A program made the position numbers and the translations under genes. The notes under the pieces were generated by a model that was given only the letters and a program-made list of their open reading frames with translations, was not told where the DNA came from and ran no database searches. A stretch of 64,000 nucleotides of DNA from an uncultured Chloroflexia bacterium (lineage in GTDB: Bacteria; Chloroflexota; Limnocylindria; Limnocylindrales; CSP1-4): positions 8,631 through 72,630 of the forward strand of contig CAVZND010000007.1 in assembly GCA_963776545.1 (NCBI GenBank), in the 5' to 3' direction. Below, in pieces: positions 18,187 to 26,369 of the stretch. Positions within the stretch are counted from its first letter, which is position 1. Each line of letters opens with the position of its first letter.

Positions 18187-19128
18187 TCAGGCGCCGAGCG
18201 CCTCGCGGACCTCGCCGAGCCGTTCGATCGACTCCATGTCGAAGGGCGCACGGAACGTGAAGATGACCTCGCGAACCCCGACCTGCTTGTACTGATCGAC
18301 GAGCGCCGCGACCTCCGCCGGCGACCCACCGATCGTCAGGCCGCGATCCGTCCCGTCCGACCCGAGCCTGCCTTCGAGGCCGTGGATGCGGGCCGTCTCG
18401 ACCCAGGCCTCTCGAGCGGCGGCGGCATCGTCTCGGACGACGCCATGGATCGTCACGGTCCGCTCGATCTCCTCGAACGGCCGACCGATCTCGTCGCAAC
18501 GCTGGCGCATGACCTCGCCGACCTCGGCGATGCGGTCCGGCAGCCCGTAGCCGTTCCACAGGTCCGCGACCGCGGCGGTCGTGCGCAGCGTCTTCGTCGG
18601 CCCGGAGCCACCGATGAGGATCGGCAGGCGAGCCTGGATCGGGAGTGGGGCACACAGGGCGTCGTGCATCGCGTAGTAGCGGCCGGAGTGCGTGACGGTC
18701 TCGCCGTCGAGTAGGCGCCGGATCAACCGCGCGGCTTCGTCGAGCCGGTCGAGGCGGTCCCCGAAACCGCTCCCGAAGTCGATGCCGAAGGTGTCGTGCT
18801 CGAGCTGGAACCAGCCGCCGCCGAGGCCCAACACGGCCCGGCCGTCCGACAGGTGGTCGAGGGTCGTTGCCAGCTTCGCGGTCAGGCCCGGGTTCCGGAA
18901 CGTGTTGGCCGCCACGAGCAGCCCGAGGCGGACTCGAGGGATGAGGACCGCGAGCGCGGCCAGGGTCGTCCAGCCCTCGAACTTCGAGTCGGTAGGGTCG
19001 CCCTCGTCGGCGAGCAGGTGGTCGTCGATCCACAGGCTGTCCCAGCCGGCCGCCTCGACCGCGACGCACGCGTCGCGCAGGGCCGGCCAATCCGTTCGAT
19101 TGATCCAGAAGGCCGCTCCGAACCGCAT
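18187..19128 (-). CDS. LLM-class (luciferase-like) F420-dependent oxidoreductase
   Basis: MRFGAAFW...WDSLWIDDHL, NPGLTAKLATTLDHLSDGRAVLGLGGGW, PILIGGSGPTKTLRTTA. Start at ATG 19128, because the longer ORF would overlap the upstream gene. Confidence 0.87.
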   Translation of the reverse strand: MRFGAAFWINRTDWPALRDACVAVEAAGWDSLWIDDHLLADEGDPTDSKFEGWTTLAALAVLIPRVRLGLLVAANTFRNPGLTAKLATTLDHLSDGRAVLGLGGGWFQLEHDTFGIDFGSGFGDRLDRLDEAARLIRRLLDGETVTHSGRYYAMHDALCAPLPIQARLPILIGGSGPTKTLRTTAAVADLWNGYGLPDRIAEVGEVMRQRCDEIGRPFEEIERTVTIHGVVRDDAAAAREAWVETARIHGLEGRLGSDGTDRGLTIGGSPAEVAALVDQYKQVGVREVIFTFRAPFDMESIERLGEVREALGA

Positions 19129-19135
19129 CGCCACG

Positions 19136-19855
19136 CTATGTGTGGATCGTAGCGAGGAAGCGGAAGACCGGCATGCCGGCGGCGAACGCGTCGGCGAGCG
19201 TGTCGGGCAGCGACGGCGAGAGCACCTCGTCATCCGAGAGCCGGCGGCCGAAGACGACGTCCTTGTAGCGCAAGAGATCGGCCATCGGGTGGTCGGCGGG
19301 CAACCCGGGCGGCACGCGCTTGAGGTGCTCGTGGGCCGTCACCGGTCCGAAGGCGGCGAGGAAGCCCGGTTCCTCGAGCGCGGCCCGCACCCGGTCCGGC
19401 TCCTCGACGACGGCGCGCCGAAACGCATCGAGCCGGCCCTTCTCCGGCATCCACATGCCGCCGCCGACGTACATCTCGCCTGGTTGGAAGTTGAAGTAGC
19501 CGCCGTTCGCGTGGGCCGCGCCGTCGGCCTCGACGAGCGCGCCGCCGGTCGAGCGCTCCAGCCACGGGAAGCTCGCCGCGAGATGGGTCTTGTACGGCGA
19601 CTTGTCCTTCGAGAACCGCGTGTCGCGGTAGATCCGGAAGATCGAGCGCTTCGGATCGGCCAGCAGCGGGATGCCGCGCGCTCCGAAGCGCTCCGCGAGC
19701 GCAGCCACGAGCGCCTCCATCGGGGCCTTGAGCAGTCGTTCGTAGTCGGCCTTGCGCGGCGCGAACCATTCGCGATCGTTGTTGGCGGCGAGGTCGGCCA
19801 GGAAATCGATGGCGTCGGGCCGGAACCCGGTGAACGTGGGCGTCGCGATGGCCAT
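19136..19855 (-). CDS. DUF2461 / TIGR02453-family protein
   Basis: Family pattern: FTGFRPDAIDFLADLAANNDREWF, IFRIYRDTRFSKDKSPYKTH, GGYFNFQPGEMYVGGGMW, LKRVPPG. Confidence 0.85.
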   Translation of the reverse strand: MAIATPTFTGFRPDAIDFLADLAANNDREWFAPRKADYERLLKAPMEALVAALAERFGARGIPLLADPKRSIFRIYRDTRFSKDKSPYKTHLAASFPWLERSTGGALVEADGAAHANGGYFNFQPGEMYVGGGMWMPEKGRLDAFRRAVVEEPDRVRAALEEPGFLAAFGPVTAHEHLKRVPPGLPADHPMADLLRYKDVVFGRRLSDDEVLSPSLPDTLADAFAAGMPVFRFLATIHT

Positions 19856-19946
19856 GGGAGCACTCCTGCGCGTGTGCGGGGTGTGAATCTACGCCGCGCC
19901 GCTCATCGGGCGATCACCTGGTGTTGGCGCGCCTATCCTGCCCTTG

Positions 19947-20852
19947 ATGACGGAGGTCGTGTCGTTCCCGCCCGAGCTGCGCGATTCGACCCTTGACTGG
20001 TACGCGCGAAGAGGCCGGCCGCTCGCCTTCCGCCGCACCCGCGATCCGTACGCCGTCCTCGTCTCGGAGGCCATGGCCCAGCAGACCCAGGCAGCTCGGG
20101 CGGCGGAGGCCTGGGAACGATGGATGCGGCGGTATCCGACCGTCCAGGAGCTGGCCGCCGCGAGCCTCGCCGACGTGCTGCGCGAATGGCAGGGCCTCGG
20201 CTACGACCGCCGGGCGATGAACTTGTGGCGCGCCGCCGGCGAGATCGTGTCGACGCATGCCGGCGTGGTGCCGTCCGACATCCGCGCACTGGAGGCCCTG
20301 CCCGGGGTCGGGCCGTATACGGCTCGGGCGGTCGCCTCGATCGCCTTCGGGGTGCCGGTCGGCGCCGTGGACACGAACGTTCGCCGGGTGCTGGGGCGGA
20401 TCGTCGCCGGCGACCCGTCGGCGCTCACGGCTCGCGAGATGCAGGCGATCGCCGACGCGGCGGTCCCGCTCGAATCGCCCGGCGCGTGGACCCACGCGCT
20501 CATGGACCTCGGCGCCACGGTCTGCCAAGCGGCTCGGGCCGACTGCGCTACGTGCCCTGCCCTGCGGTGGTGCATGTTCGCCGCGCGAGGCTCGGTCATC
20601 GAACGAACACCGCGAGTCGCCCGCGAACGCCCGGCCCCATTCACCTCGACCACCCGTTGGCTGCGTGGCCGGATCCTCGATCGCGTCCGCGCCGCACCGG
20701 GCACGACCTGGGTCACGCTGACGGGACCGATCGGCACGCACGACGACCGTGCGATCCGGGCGGCCGCGGAGGCCATGACCCGCGACGGCCTGGTCGAGAT
20801 CGCAGCGGACCCGCCGGATGCCACGCTCCAGGTTCGACTCCGGATGGGCTGA
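19947..20852 (+). CDS. mutY: A/G-specific adenine DNA glycosylase
   Basis: HhH-GPD core (DPYAVLVSEAMAQQT, GLGYDRRA, LPGVGPYTARAV, VDTNVRRV) and Fe-S cluster Cys ligands (CQAARADCATCPALRWC). The track start at 19944 is TTG; the adjacent ATG 19947 is preferred. Confidence 0.9.
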   Translation: MTEVVSFPPELRDSTLDWYARRGRPLAFRRTRDPYAVLVSEAMAQQTQAARAAEAWERWMRRYPTVQELAAASLADVLREWQGLGYDRRAMNLWRAAGEIVSTHAGVVPSDIRALEALPGVGPYTARAVASIAFGVPVGAVDTNVRRVLGRIVAGDPSALTAREMQAIADAAVPLESPGAWTHALMDLGATVCQAARADCATCPALRWCMFAARGSVIERTPRVARERPAPFTSTTRWLRGRILDRVRAAPGTTWVTLTGPIGTHDDRAIRAAAEAMTRDGLVEIAADPPDATLQVRLRMG

Positions 20853-20880
20853 CCACCGTTCGGCTACGCTTCCTCGCGCG

Positions 20881-21684
20881 ATGCCCACCACCGTCGAGCG
20901 CGCCGCCGCGCAGGCCGCGCTTCCCGCGAACGACCCATCCATCTTCGGGTTGGACCTGCGGGGCCTGCGCGGTCACTGGGCGGCCTCGGCCGCACTGCCT
21001 GCCATCTCCGGCGAGGCGATGACCGGCACGGATCGGCGCGCCCAGGCGCTGGGCGTACCCGAGGAGCGGCTGATGGAGCACGCCGGGACCGCCGTCGCCG
21101 CAGCCGTCCGGGCGCTCGCCGTGGACCTCGGGCGATGGGGGACCGGGCCCATCGTCATCCTGTGCGGACCCGGCAACAACGGCGGCGACGGCTTCGTGGC
21201 CGCGCGCCGGCTCGCGCTCAACGGGGCGTCCGTCGTCGTCGGGCTGGTCGCCCCTGACGCCCGGCCCGCCGGCGTCACGGCGGCCCGCAACTGGGACCGC
21301 ATCGCGCGCGACGCCGGGATCACGAAGGTCCATCTGCCGGTCGCGCGCGATGTCGCGATGTTCGAGCACGGCATCGAGACGGCGGCGGTCATCGTCGACG
21401 CCCTGCTCGGGACCGGCGTCCGTGGCGTCCTGCGCGATCCGATCCGGACGGCGGTCGAGGTGATCGTGCGCGCGGCCGTGGTGGGCGTGCCGGTCGTCGC
21501 CGTCGACACCCCGACCGCGGTCGACCTCTCGAGCGGCGAGCCATCCGACCCAGCCGTTCGCGCCGACCTGACGGTGACGTTCCATCGACCGAAGACCGGT
21601 CTCCTGACGCGGCGCGGCGCGGCCCATGCCGGCAAGGTCCTCGTCGCGCCGATCGGCATCCCGCCCGAGGCGGACCGTGGCTGA
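20881..21684 (+). CDS. NAD(P)H-hydrate epimerase (YjeF N-terminal domain only)
   Basis: LMEHAGTAVA, ILCGPGNNGGDGFVAARRL, VDALLGTG, VVAVDTPT. No C-terminal dehydratase domain. Start placed at ATG 20881, after the mutY stop. Confidence 0.83.
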   Translation: MPTTVERAAAQAALPANDPSIFGLDLRGLRGHWAASAALPAISGEAMTGTDRRAQALGVPEERLMEHAGTAVAAAVRALAVDLGRWGTGPIVILCGPGNNGGDGFVAARRLALNGASVVVGLVAPDARPAGVTAARNWDRIARDAGITKVHLPVARDVAMFEHGIETAAVIVDALLGTGVRGVLRDPIRTAVEVIVRAAVVGVPVVAVDTPTAVDLSSGEPSDPAVRADLTVTFHRPKTGLLTRRGAAHAGKVLVAPIGIPPEADRG

Positions 21685-21907
21685 CGGCCGGCCGCTCGGT
21701 CGGCAGCCGGGCTGGCGCGATGTGGCGCTCGTCGCCGCGGCCGTCGTCGCGGTGGTCATGGGTGCGGCGATCGTGACGAGCCTCCTGCCGACCACGCTCC
21801 AGCAGGTCGTCTTCCACACGCCACTCGCCATCGTCGTGCTCATCGTGGGCACGGGCTGGCTGCTCTGGCGGATCTCGAGACGTCGTCCGGAAGAACCGCG
21901 CCCGTGA
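21677..21907 (+). CDS. Small two-TM membrane protein, unknown function
   Basis: GTG overlaps the upstream stop (GTGGCTGA). Two hydrophobic helices (VALVAAAVVAVVMGAAIVTSLL and LAIVVLIVGTGWLLW). No family recognised. Confidence 0.45.
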   Translation: MADGRPLGRQPGWRDVALVAAAVVAVVMGAAIVTSLLPTTLQQVVFHTPLAIVVLIVGTGWLLWRISRRRPEEPRP

Positions 21908-21923
21908 CGAACCCGTCCGGCCG

Positions 21924-23594
21924 ATGACGGGGCCCGGACCCCTGGACGCCCGTCGGGCGAGCCTGGCGGCCCTGGCCGACGGGACCTGGGACGTCGTCAT
22001 CGTCGGTGGCGGTATCGTCGGAAGCGGCGCCCTGCTGGACGCGGTCTCGCGCGGGATGCGAGCCGCCCTCATCGAGCAGGACGACATCGCCGCCGGCACG
22101 TCGTCGCGCTCGTCCCGGCTCATCCATGGCGGTCTTCGATACCTCGAGCAGTTCCACTTCGGGCTCGTCCGCGAAGCGCTGGCCGAACGGTCGAGGATCC
22201 TCCAGTTGGCGCCCCACCTCGTGCGCCTTGAGCCGCTGCTCTTCCCGATCTACGGGATCCCGTATCTCTCCAAGGCGTTCTATGACACCGGGCTCACGCT
22301 GTACGACGTGCTGGGCGCTCGGCATGACGGCGGCTGGCATCGCCGGCTGTCCAAGGCGGACACGCTGGGGATGGCGCCGACGCTGCGCACCGAAGGCCTC
22401 CGCGGCGGGCTGCTCTACCACGACGGTGTCGAGGACGACGCACGCTACACGCTGGCGGTCGCGCGCACGGCCATCGCCGATGGCGGCCTGGCGGTCACGC
22501 GGGTCCGGGCGACGGGCCTGAAGGTCGAGGCGAGCTACGGCACGCTCGAGGCCGTCCGCGCCCAGGACCTGGTCACCGGGAGCGCGTTCGAGATCCGGAC
22601 GCGCGCCGTCGTGGACGCGACGGGAGTCTGGGCCGCCGAGCCCGATCACGTGTTCGGTGGTGGGTCGCTCCGGATCCTGCCGAGCCGCGGTGCGCACCTT
22701 GTCGTGCCGAGGTCGCGGATCCCGAACCAGTGCGGCCTGACGATCCGCGTCCCGGGCAAGGTCGTCTTCATGGTGCCGTGGCCGGACTACTGGCTCATCG
22801 GCACCACCGACGCGCCGTACGAGGGCGCCTCGGAGCATCCCGCGGCCGACGGCTGGGAGATCGACCTCCTCCTCGACACGGTCAACGCGACGATGGACGT
22901 GGACCTGCGACGAGAGGATGTGGTCGGCACGTACGCCGGTCTGCGGCCGTTGATCGCCTCGGGCGGGTCCACCGTGAAGGCCTCGCGCGAGCATCGGGTC
23001 ACGGTCGACGCGAACGGGGTCGTGCGGATCGGCGGCGGGAAGTACACGACCTACCGGGTCATGGCCCGCGACGTCATCGATGCGGTGCTCGGCAAGGAGG
23101 GGGCTCGCGCTCGACCGAGCCAGACCGTCGATCGGCGCCTCGTCGGGGCCGCCGACACCGACGCCCTCGCGCGGATCGCCGATGAGCTCGAGACGATCCC
23201 GGCGGTGACGGCCCTCGGTCCGGACGTCGCGTCGCGGTTGGTCTCTCGCCACGGGACCGAGGCACCAGCCGTGGTCAGCCTCGGTGTCGAGACGGATCTC
23301 ATCCGGGCGCTCGTTCCTGGGCGTCCGTTCCTCGAGGCGGAAGTGACGTGGGCGGCGCGCCACGAGCTGGCGCTGTCGCTCGACGACATGCTCGCGCGCC
23401 GGACTCGTCTCGCCCAGGAGCTCCCCGATCGTGGCGCCGCGGTCGCCCCCCGCGTGGCCGAGCTGCTCGGCGCGGAGCTCGGCTGGGGCGAGACGCGACA
23501 GGCGAGGGAGGTCGAGGCCTACCTCGAGCTGGCCCGGCGCGAGTACTCGGTGGCGGCGTCGACGGGCGAGGCGACGAGACCCCAGATCGACTGA
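21924..23594 (+). CDS. glpD: FAD-dependent glycerol-3-phosphate dehydrogenase
   Basis: FAD fold VVIVGGGIVGSG, GTSSRSSRLIHGGLRYLEQ, and a GlpD C-terminal alpha-helical domain. Confidence 0.9.
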   Translation: MTGPGPLDARRASLAALADGTWDVVIVGGGIVGSGALLDAVSRGMRAALIEQDDIAAGTSSRSSRLIHGGLRYLEQFHFGLVREALAERSRILQLAPHLVRLEPLLFPIYGIPYLSKAFYDTGLTLYDVLGARHDGGWHRRLSKADTLGMAPTLRTEGLRGGLLYHDGVEDDARYTLAVARTAIADGGLAVTRVRATGLKVEASYGTLEAVRAQDLVTGSAFEIRTRAVVDATGVWAAEPDHVFGGGSLRILPSRGAHLVVPRSRIPNQCGLTIRVPGKVVFMVPWPDYWLIGTTDAPYEGASEHPAADGWEIDLLLDTVNATMDVDLRREDVVGTYAGLRPLIASGGSTVKASREHRVTVDANGVVRIGGGKYTTYRVMARDVIDAVLGKEGARARPSQTVDRRLVGAADTDALARIADELETIPAVTALGPDVASRLVSRHGTEAPAVVSLGVETDLIRALVPGRPFLEAEVTWAARHELALSLDDMLARRTRLAQELPDRGAAVAPRVAELLGAELGWGETRQAREVEAYLELARREYSVAASTGEATRPQID

Positions 23595-23645
23595 CGTGGA
23601 CCGTGCGATCGGACTCGCGTCATCAGGGCGTCACGTGGGGTTGGC

Positions 23646-24383
23646 ATGGTCCGGTCGATGCCGATCTTCGACGCCCTTGGCGATCTCGCCGCTGCGTTCT
23701 TCAACGCGCTGTACGAGCTGCGCATCCCCGTGGCGATCGGGTCGGTGGCGGCGGTCGCGATCGCGGCCCTCGTCGCCTGGCGGCGCGGCTGGGTCGCGGC
23801 GGCCGGTCGGCATCCCGGACGGACCGGGGTCGTCATCGCGCTGGCCCTGGCCGTCGGCGTGCCGCTGACCTGGTACCTCGCCTCACCGATCTTCATCCGG
23901 ACCGCCCTCGTGGAGCCGGCTCCGGTCGGGGCGATCGCGAGCCCGACATCGGTCGCGGCGCCGGCACCCGGTGCGACGATCGCCCCGGCGGCGCCGTCGC
24001 GCACCCCGACGGTCGTCCCGACGGCCACCCGGGCGCCGACTCCGTTCGCGCCGATCACCCGTGTCACCGGCGAGTTCCACGGCTCCGACGACTTCCACTT
24101 CGGCCGCGGCACCGCCACGATCGTCGAGACGACGCCCGGTCGGTTCCACCTCCGGCTCGAGGACTTCTCGGTCCGCAACGGGCCCGACCTGTTCGTCTAC
24201 CTCTCGCCCGCGGCCGATGGGTTCGCAAAGGGGGCCTTGGAACTCGGCAAGCTGAAGGCGACCGACGGCTCGTTCGGCTACGACCTGCCGGCGGGCATCG
24301 ATCCCGCCGACTTCGCCAGCGCCGTCATCTGGTGCAAGCAGTTCAGCCATCTGTTCGCGACGGCCCCGTTCGAATCGGCCTGA
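23646..24383 (+). CDS. Membrane-anchored DM13-domain protein
   Basis: N-terminal TM helices and a Pro/Ala linker. C-terminal DM13 pattern: GEFHGSDDFHFGRGTATIV, RLEDFSVRNGPDLFVYLS, ASAVIWCKQFSHLFA. Confidence 0.8.
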   Translation: MVRSMPIFDALGDLAAAFFNALYELRIPVAIGSVAAVAIAALVAWRRGWVAAAGRHPGRTGVVIALALAVGVPLTWYLASPIFIRTALVEPAPVGAIASPTSVAAPAPGATIAPAAPSRTPTVVPTATRAPTPFAPITRVTGEFHGSDDFHFGRGTATIVETTPGRFHLRLEDFSVRNGPDLFVYLSPAADGFAKGALELGKLKATDGSFGYDLPAGIDPADFASAVIWCKQFSHLFATAPFESA

Positions 24384-24502
24384 AAAGCCCATCCAAAACC
24401 GCCGAAAGTCGGGGCTATGCAACGTACGAGTGACCGCGTAACATCCGGCCCGTAAATGCCGTGGAAACGTCCGCGGCCAGAACGTAGCTCGACGCACTCG
24501 GA

Positions 24503-24558
24503 CTCCTCTCACGGCTGACGCGAGAAACCCGCGGGATCGCGCCGGCTACCGAGAGGAG
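24503..24558 (+). promoter_or_regulatory. Putative SD-sequestering leader structure
   Basis: CTCCTCTC (24503-24510) is the exact complement of the SD-containing GAGAGGAG (24551-24558). Nested helices CGGC/GCCG (24512-15/24541-44) and CGCG/CGCG (24519-22/24530-33). GTG start at 24569. Confidence 0.4.
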
Positions 24559-24568
24559 TTTCGTTTTC

Positions 24569-24946
24569 GTGTACAGCGACAAGAATCTGACCTGCGCGGA
24601 CTGTGGACAGGAATTCGTGTTCACCGCGTCCGAACAGGACTTCTATGCGCAGCGCGGGTTCACCGAGCCGCGCCGTTGCCCGTCGTGCCGCGCCAGTCGC
24701 AAGGCCGCGCGGAACGCCGAGGGCGGTGGCAGCTCATACGGTGGCTACGGGGCAGGCGGCGGCTACTCCGCAGGGGGTAGCGGGAGCTACGGTGGCGGCG
24801 GCTACGGCGCGCGCGACCGCGGTCCTCGCGAGATGTTCGCGGCGACCTGCTCGAACTGCGGCAAGGAAGCCCAGGTGCCGTTCCGCCCGACCAGCGGCAA
24901 GCCGGTCTACTGCAGCGACTGCTTCCGGAGCATGCGCGGCGGCTGA
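24569..24946 (+). CDS. Double zinc-ribbon protein with Gly/Tyr/Ser-rich linker
   Basis: N-terminal ribbon CADCGQEFVFTASEQDFYAQRGF..RRCPSCR, linker GGGSSYGGYGAGGGYSAGGSGSYGGGGYG, C-terminal ribbon CSNCGKEAQVPFRPTSGKPVYCSDCF. Confidence 0.85.
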   Translation: MYSDKNLTCADCGQEFVFTASEQDFYAQRGFTEPRRCPSCRASRKAARNAEGGGSSYGGYGAGGGYSAGGSGSYGGGGYGARDRGPREMFAATCSNCGKEAQVPFRPTSGKPVYCSDCFRSMRGG

Positions 24947-24961
24947 TCCAGACCTCTCGGT

Positions 24962-24982
24962 GCGGGCCGACCCACGGCCCGC
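24962..24982. terminator. GC-rich hairpin between convergent genes
   Basis: GCGGGCCG-accca-CGGCCCGC, a perfect 8-bp stem starting 16 nt after the zinc-ribbon gene stop. No U-tract. Confidence 0.45.
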
Positions 24983-24998
24983 CGAACCAGCGTGATCC

Positions 24999-25025
24999 CG
25001 ACCCGGGTCGTCAGCCGACCCGGGT
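24999..25025. repeat. Two copies of the 10-bp perfect palindrome GACCCGGGTC, 17-bp period
   Basis: GACCCGGGTC at 24999-25008 and 25016-25025, with flanks also repeated (ccGACCCGGGTCGT). Located between convergent genes. Confidence 0.7.
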
Positions 25026-25060
25026 CGTTCGATTCCCGGGCGAGCCGAGCCGAACTGGGA

Positions 25061-26179
25061 TCAAAGCCCGAGTTCGAGGCGAATCTCGTTGATCGCGCCC
25101 ACCTCTTCTGGGTCGGTCGCCATCGATGCCGCGAGATCCAGGTCGGCGCCGGCGCCCTCAAGATCACCGACCGATGCCTTCGCAGCACCACGCAGTGCGT
25201 ACAGGATCGCAGTCTCCGGCTGCAGCTCGATCAGCCGCTCAGCGTCCACCAGTGCATCGCCATCCGAGAGGCGTAGGTACGCCCTGGCCCGTCCGGAGAT
25301 CGCTTCGAAGTAGTCTGGGTCGAGTCCGATCGCCTTTGTGTAGTCAGTGATCGCGGACGCGTCATCACCGAGGTAGGCGAACGCGAGCCCACGGCCGAGG
25401 TAGCCGGAGGGCAGCATCGGGTCGAGTCCGATCGCCTTCTCCGCGTCGGTGATCGCCAAGTCATAGTCACCCAGATCGATCAACACACGGGCTCGTTGAG
25501 CGTAGGCCTCCGCAAAGGTCGGATCGATCACGACCGCTTGATCCAGGTCGCTCGTCGCGCCCGCAAGGTCCCCTTGCGTCCTCCGGATGACCGCTCGATT
25601 GACATACGGGATCACAGCGGCTGGATCGACCTCGATGGCCTTCGCAAGATCCTTCAGAGCTGCGACAGGCTCCTCGTCGGCCATCTCAAGCCCGGCACGA
25701 CTGACATACGCCAGCGCATAGGTCGGATCGAGTTCGATCGCCTTGTTGTAGTCAGCGAGCGCCAGCGCAGTGTCGCGGCGCCGCTCGTAGACAAGGCCGC
25801 GATTCCGATAGGCGCCCGCGGCCGTGGGCTCTAGTTCGATCGCTCTGCCGTAGTCGGCGAGCGCGAGTTCGGCGTCCCCTCGATCGTCGTGGAGATTGCC
25901 GCGGTCGACGAATGCCATGCTCAACTCGGGATCGAGCTCGATGGCCCTGTCGCAGTCGGTGAGCGCCCGGTCGAGTTGGTGCGTGACACGAAGAGCGTGG
26001 CATCGACCCGCGTATGCCGCCGCGTATTTCGAATCGAGTTCGATGGCTTGGTCGAATTCGGCGAGCGCCTTGTCCCATTGGCGCTGGCTCACGTGGACCG
26101 AGCCCGCCTGATAGTGGGAGGACGCGCTCTCGCCGCAGCCCGCCACGAGGAGCCCGGCGCAGGCGAGGCCGGCTTTCAT
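25061..26179 (-). CDS. TPR-repeat lipoprotein (about 10 tandem TPR units)
   Basis: Lipobox LLVAGC-GES from ATG 26179. Repeated 34-aa units of the form A..DY.KAIELDP.YA.AY..RG throughout. Confidence 0.87.
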   Translation of the reverse strand: MKAGLACAGLLVAGCGESASSHYQAGSVHVSQRQWDKALAEFDQAIELDSKYAAAYAGRCHALRVTHQLDRALTDCDRAIELDPELSMAFVDRGNLHDDRGDAELALADYGRAIELEPTAAGAYRNRGLVYERRRDTALALADYNKAIELDPTYALAYVSRAGLEMADEEPVAALKDLAKAIEVDPAAVIPYVNRAVIRRTQGDLAGATSDLDQAVVIDPTFAEAYAQRARVLIDLGDYDLAITDAEKAIGLDPMLPSGYLGRGLAFAYLGDDASAITDYTKAIGLDPDYFEAISGRARAYLRLSDGDALVDAERLIELQPETAILYALRGAAKASVGDLEGAGADLDLAASMATDPEEVGAINEIRLELGL

Positions 26180-26369
26180 CCAGGGCGCCCAGGTCCTGGC
26201 CCGAAGTATCCGTCCAGATCGCACGTCAGCGTCTCCTGCTGATCAGATGCACTACCGCGTTCCTTCACAGGCTGACTCACGACCCCTGCGGCTCCGCTGC
26301 GGTACGGTCGCGGGTCTCTGCTTGCAGGCTCGGATGTACGTAGCGCGCGTCTCGGGGCGACGCCTAGAC

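Noticed and set aside
25061-26179. Periodic 102-nt structure considered as a DNA tandem repeat or CRISPR-like array.
   Set aside because: The periodicity is at the protein level (34-aa TPR units). The DNA copies are diverged and the ORF is continuous, with a lipoprotein signal.
26247-26369. Upstream 41 codons of the STAND-SARP ORF as its true N-terminus.
   Set aside because: The segment has no domain signal, and starting there would shrink the divergent promoter region shared with the TPR gene to almost nothing. I kept ATG 26370 but flagged the start as uncertain.
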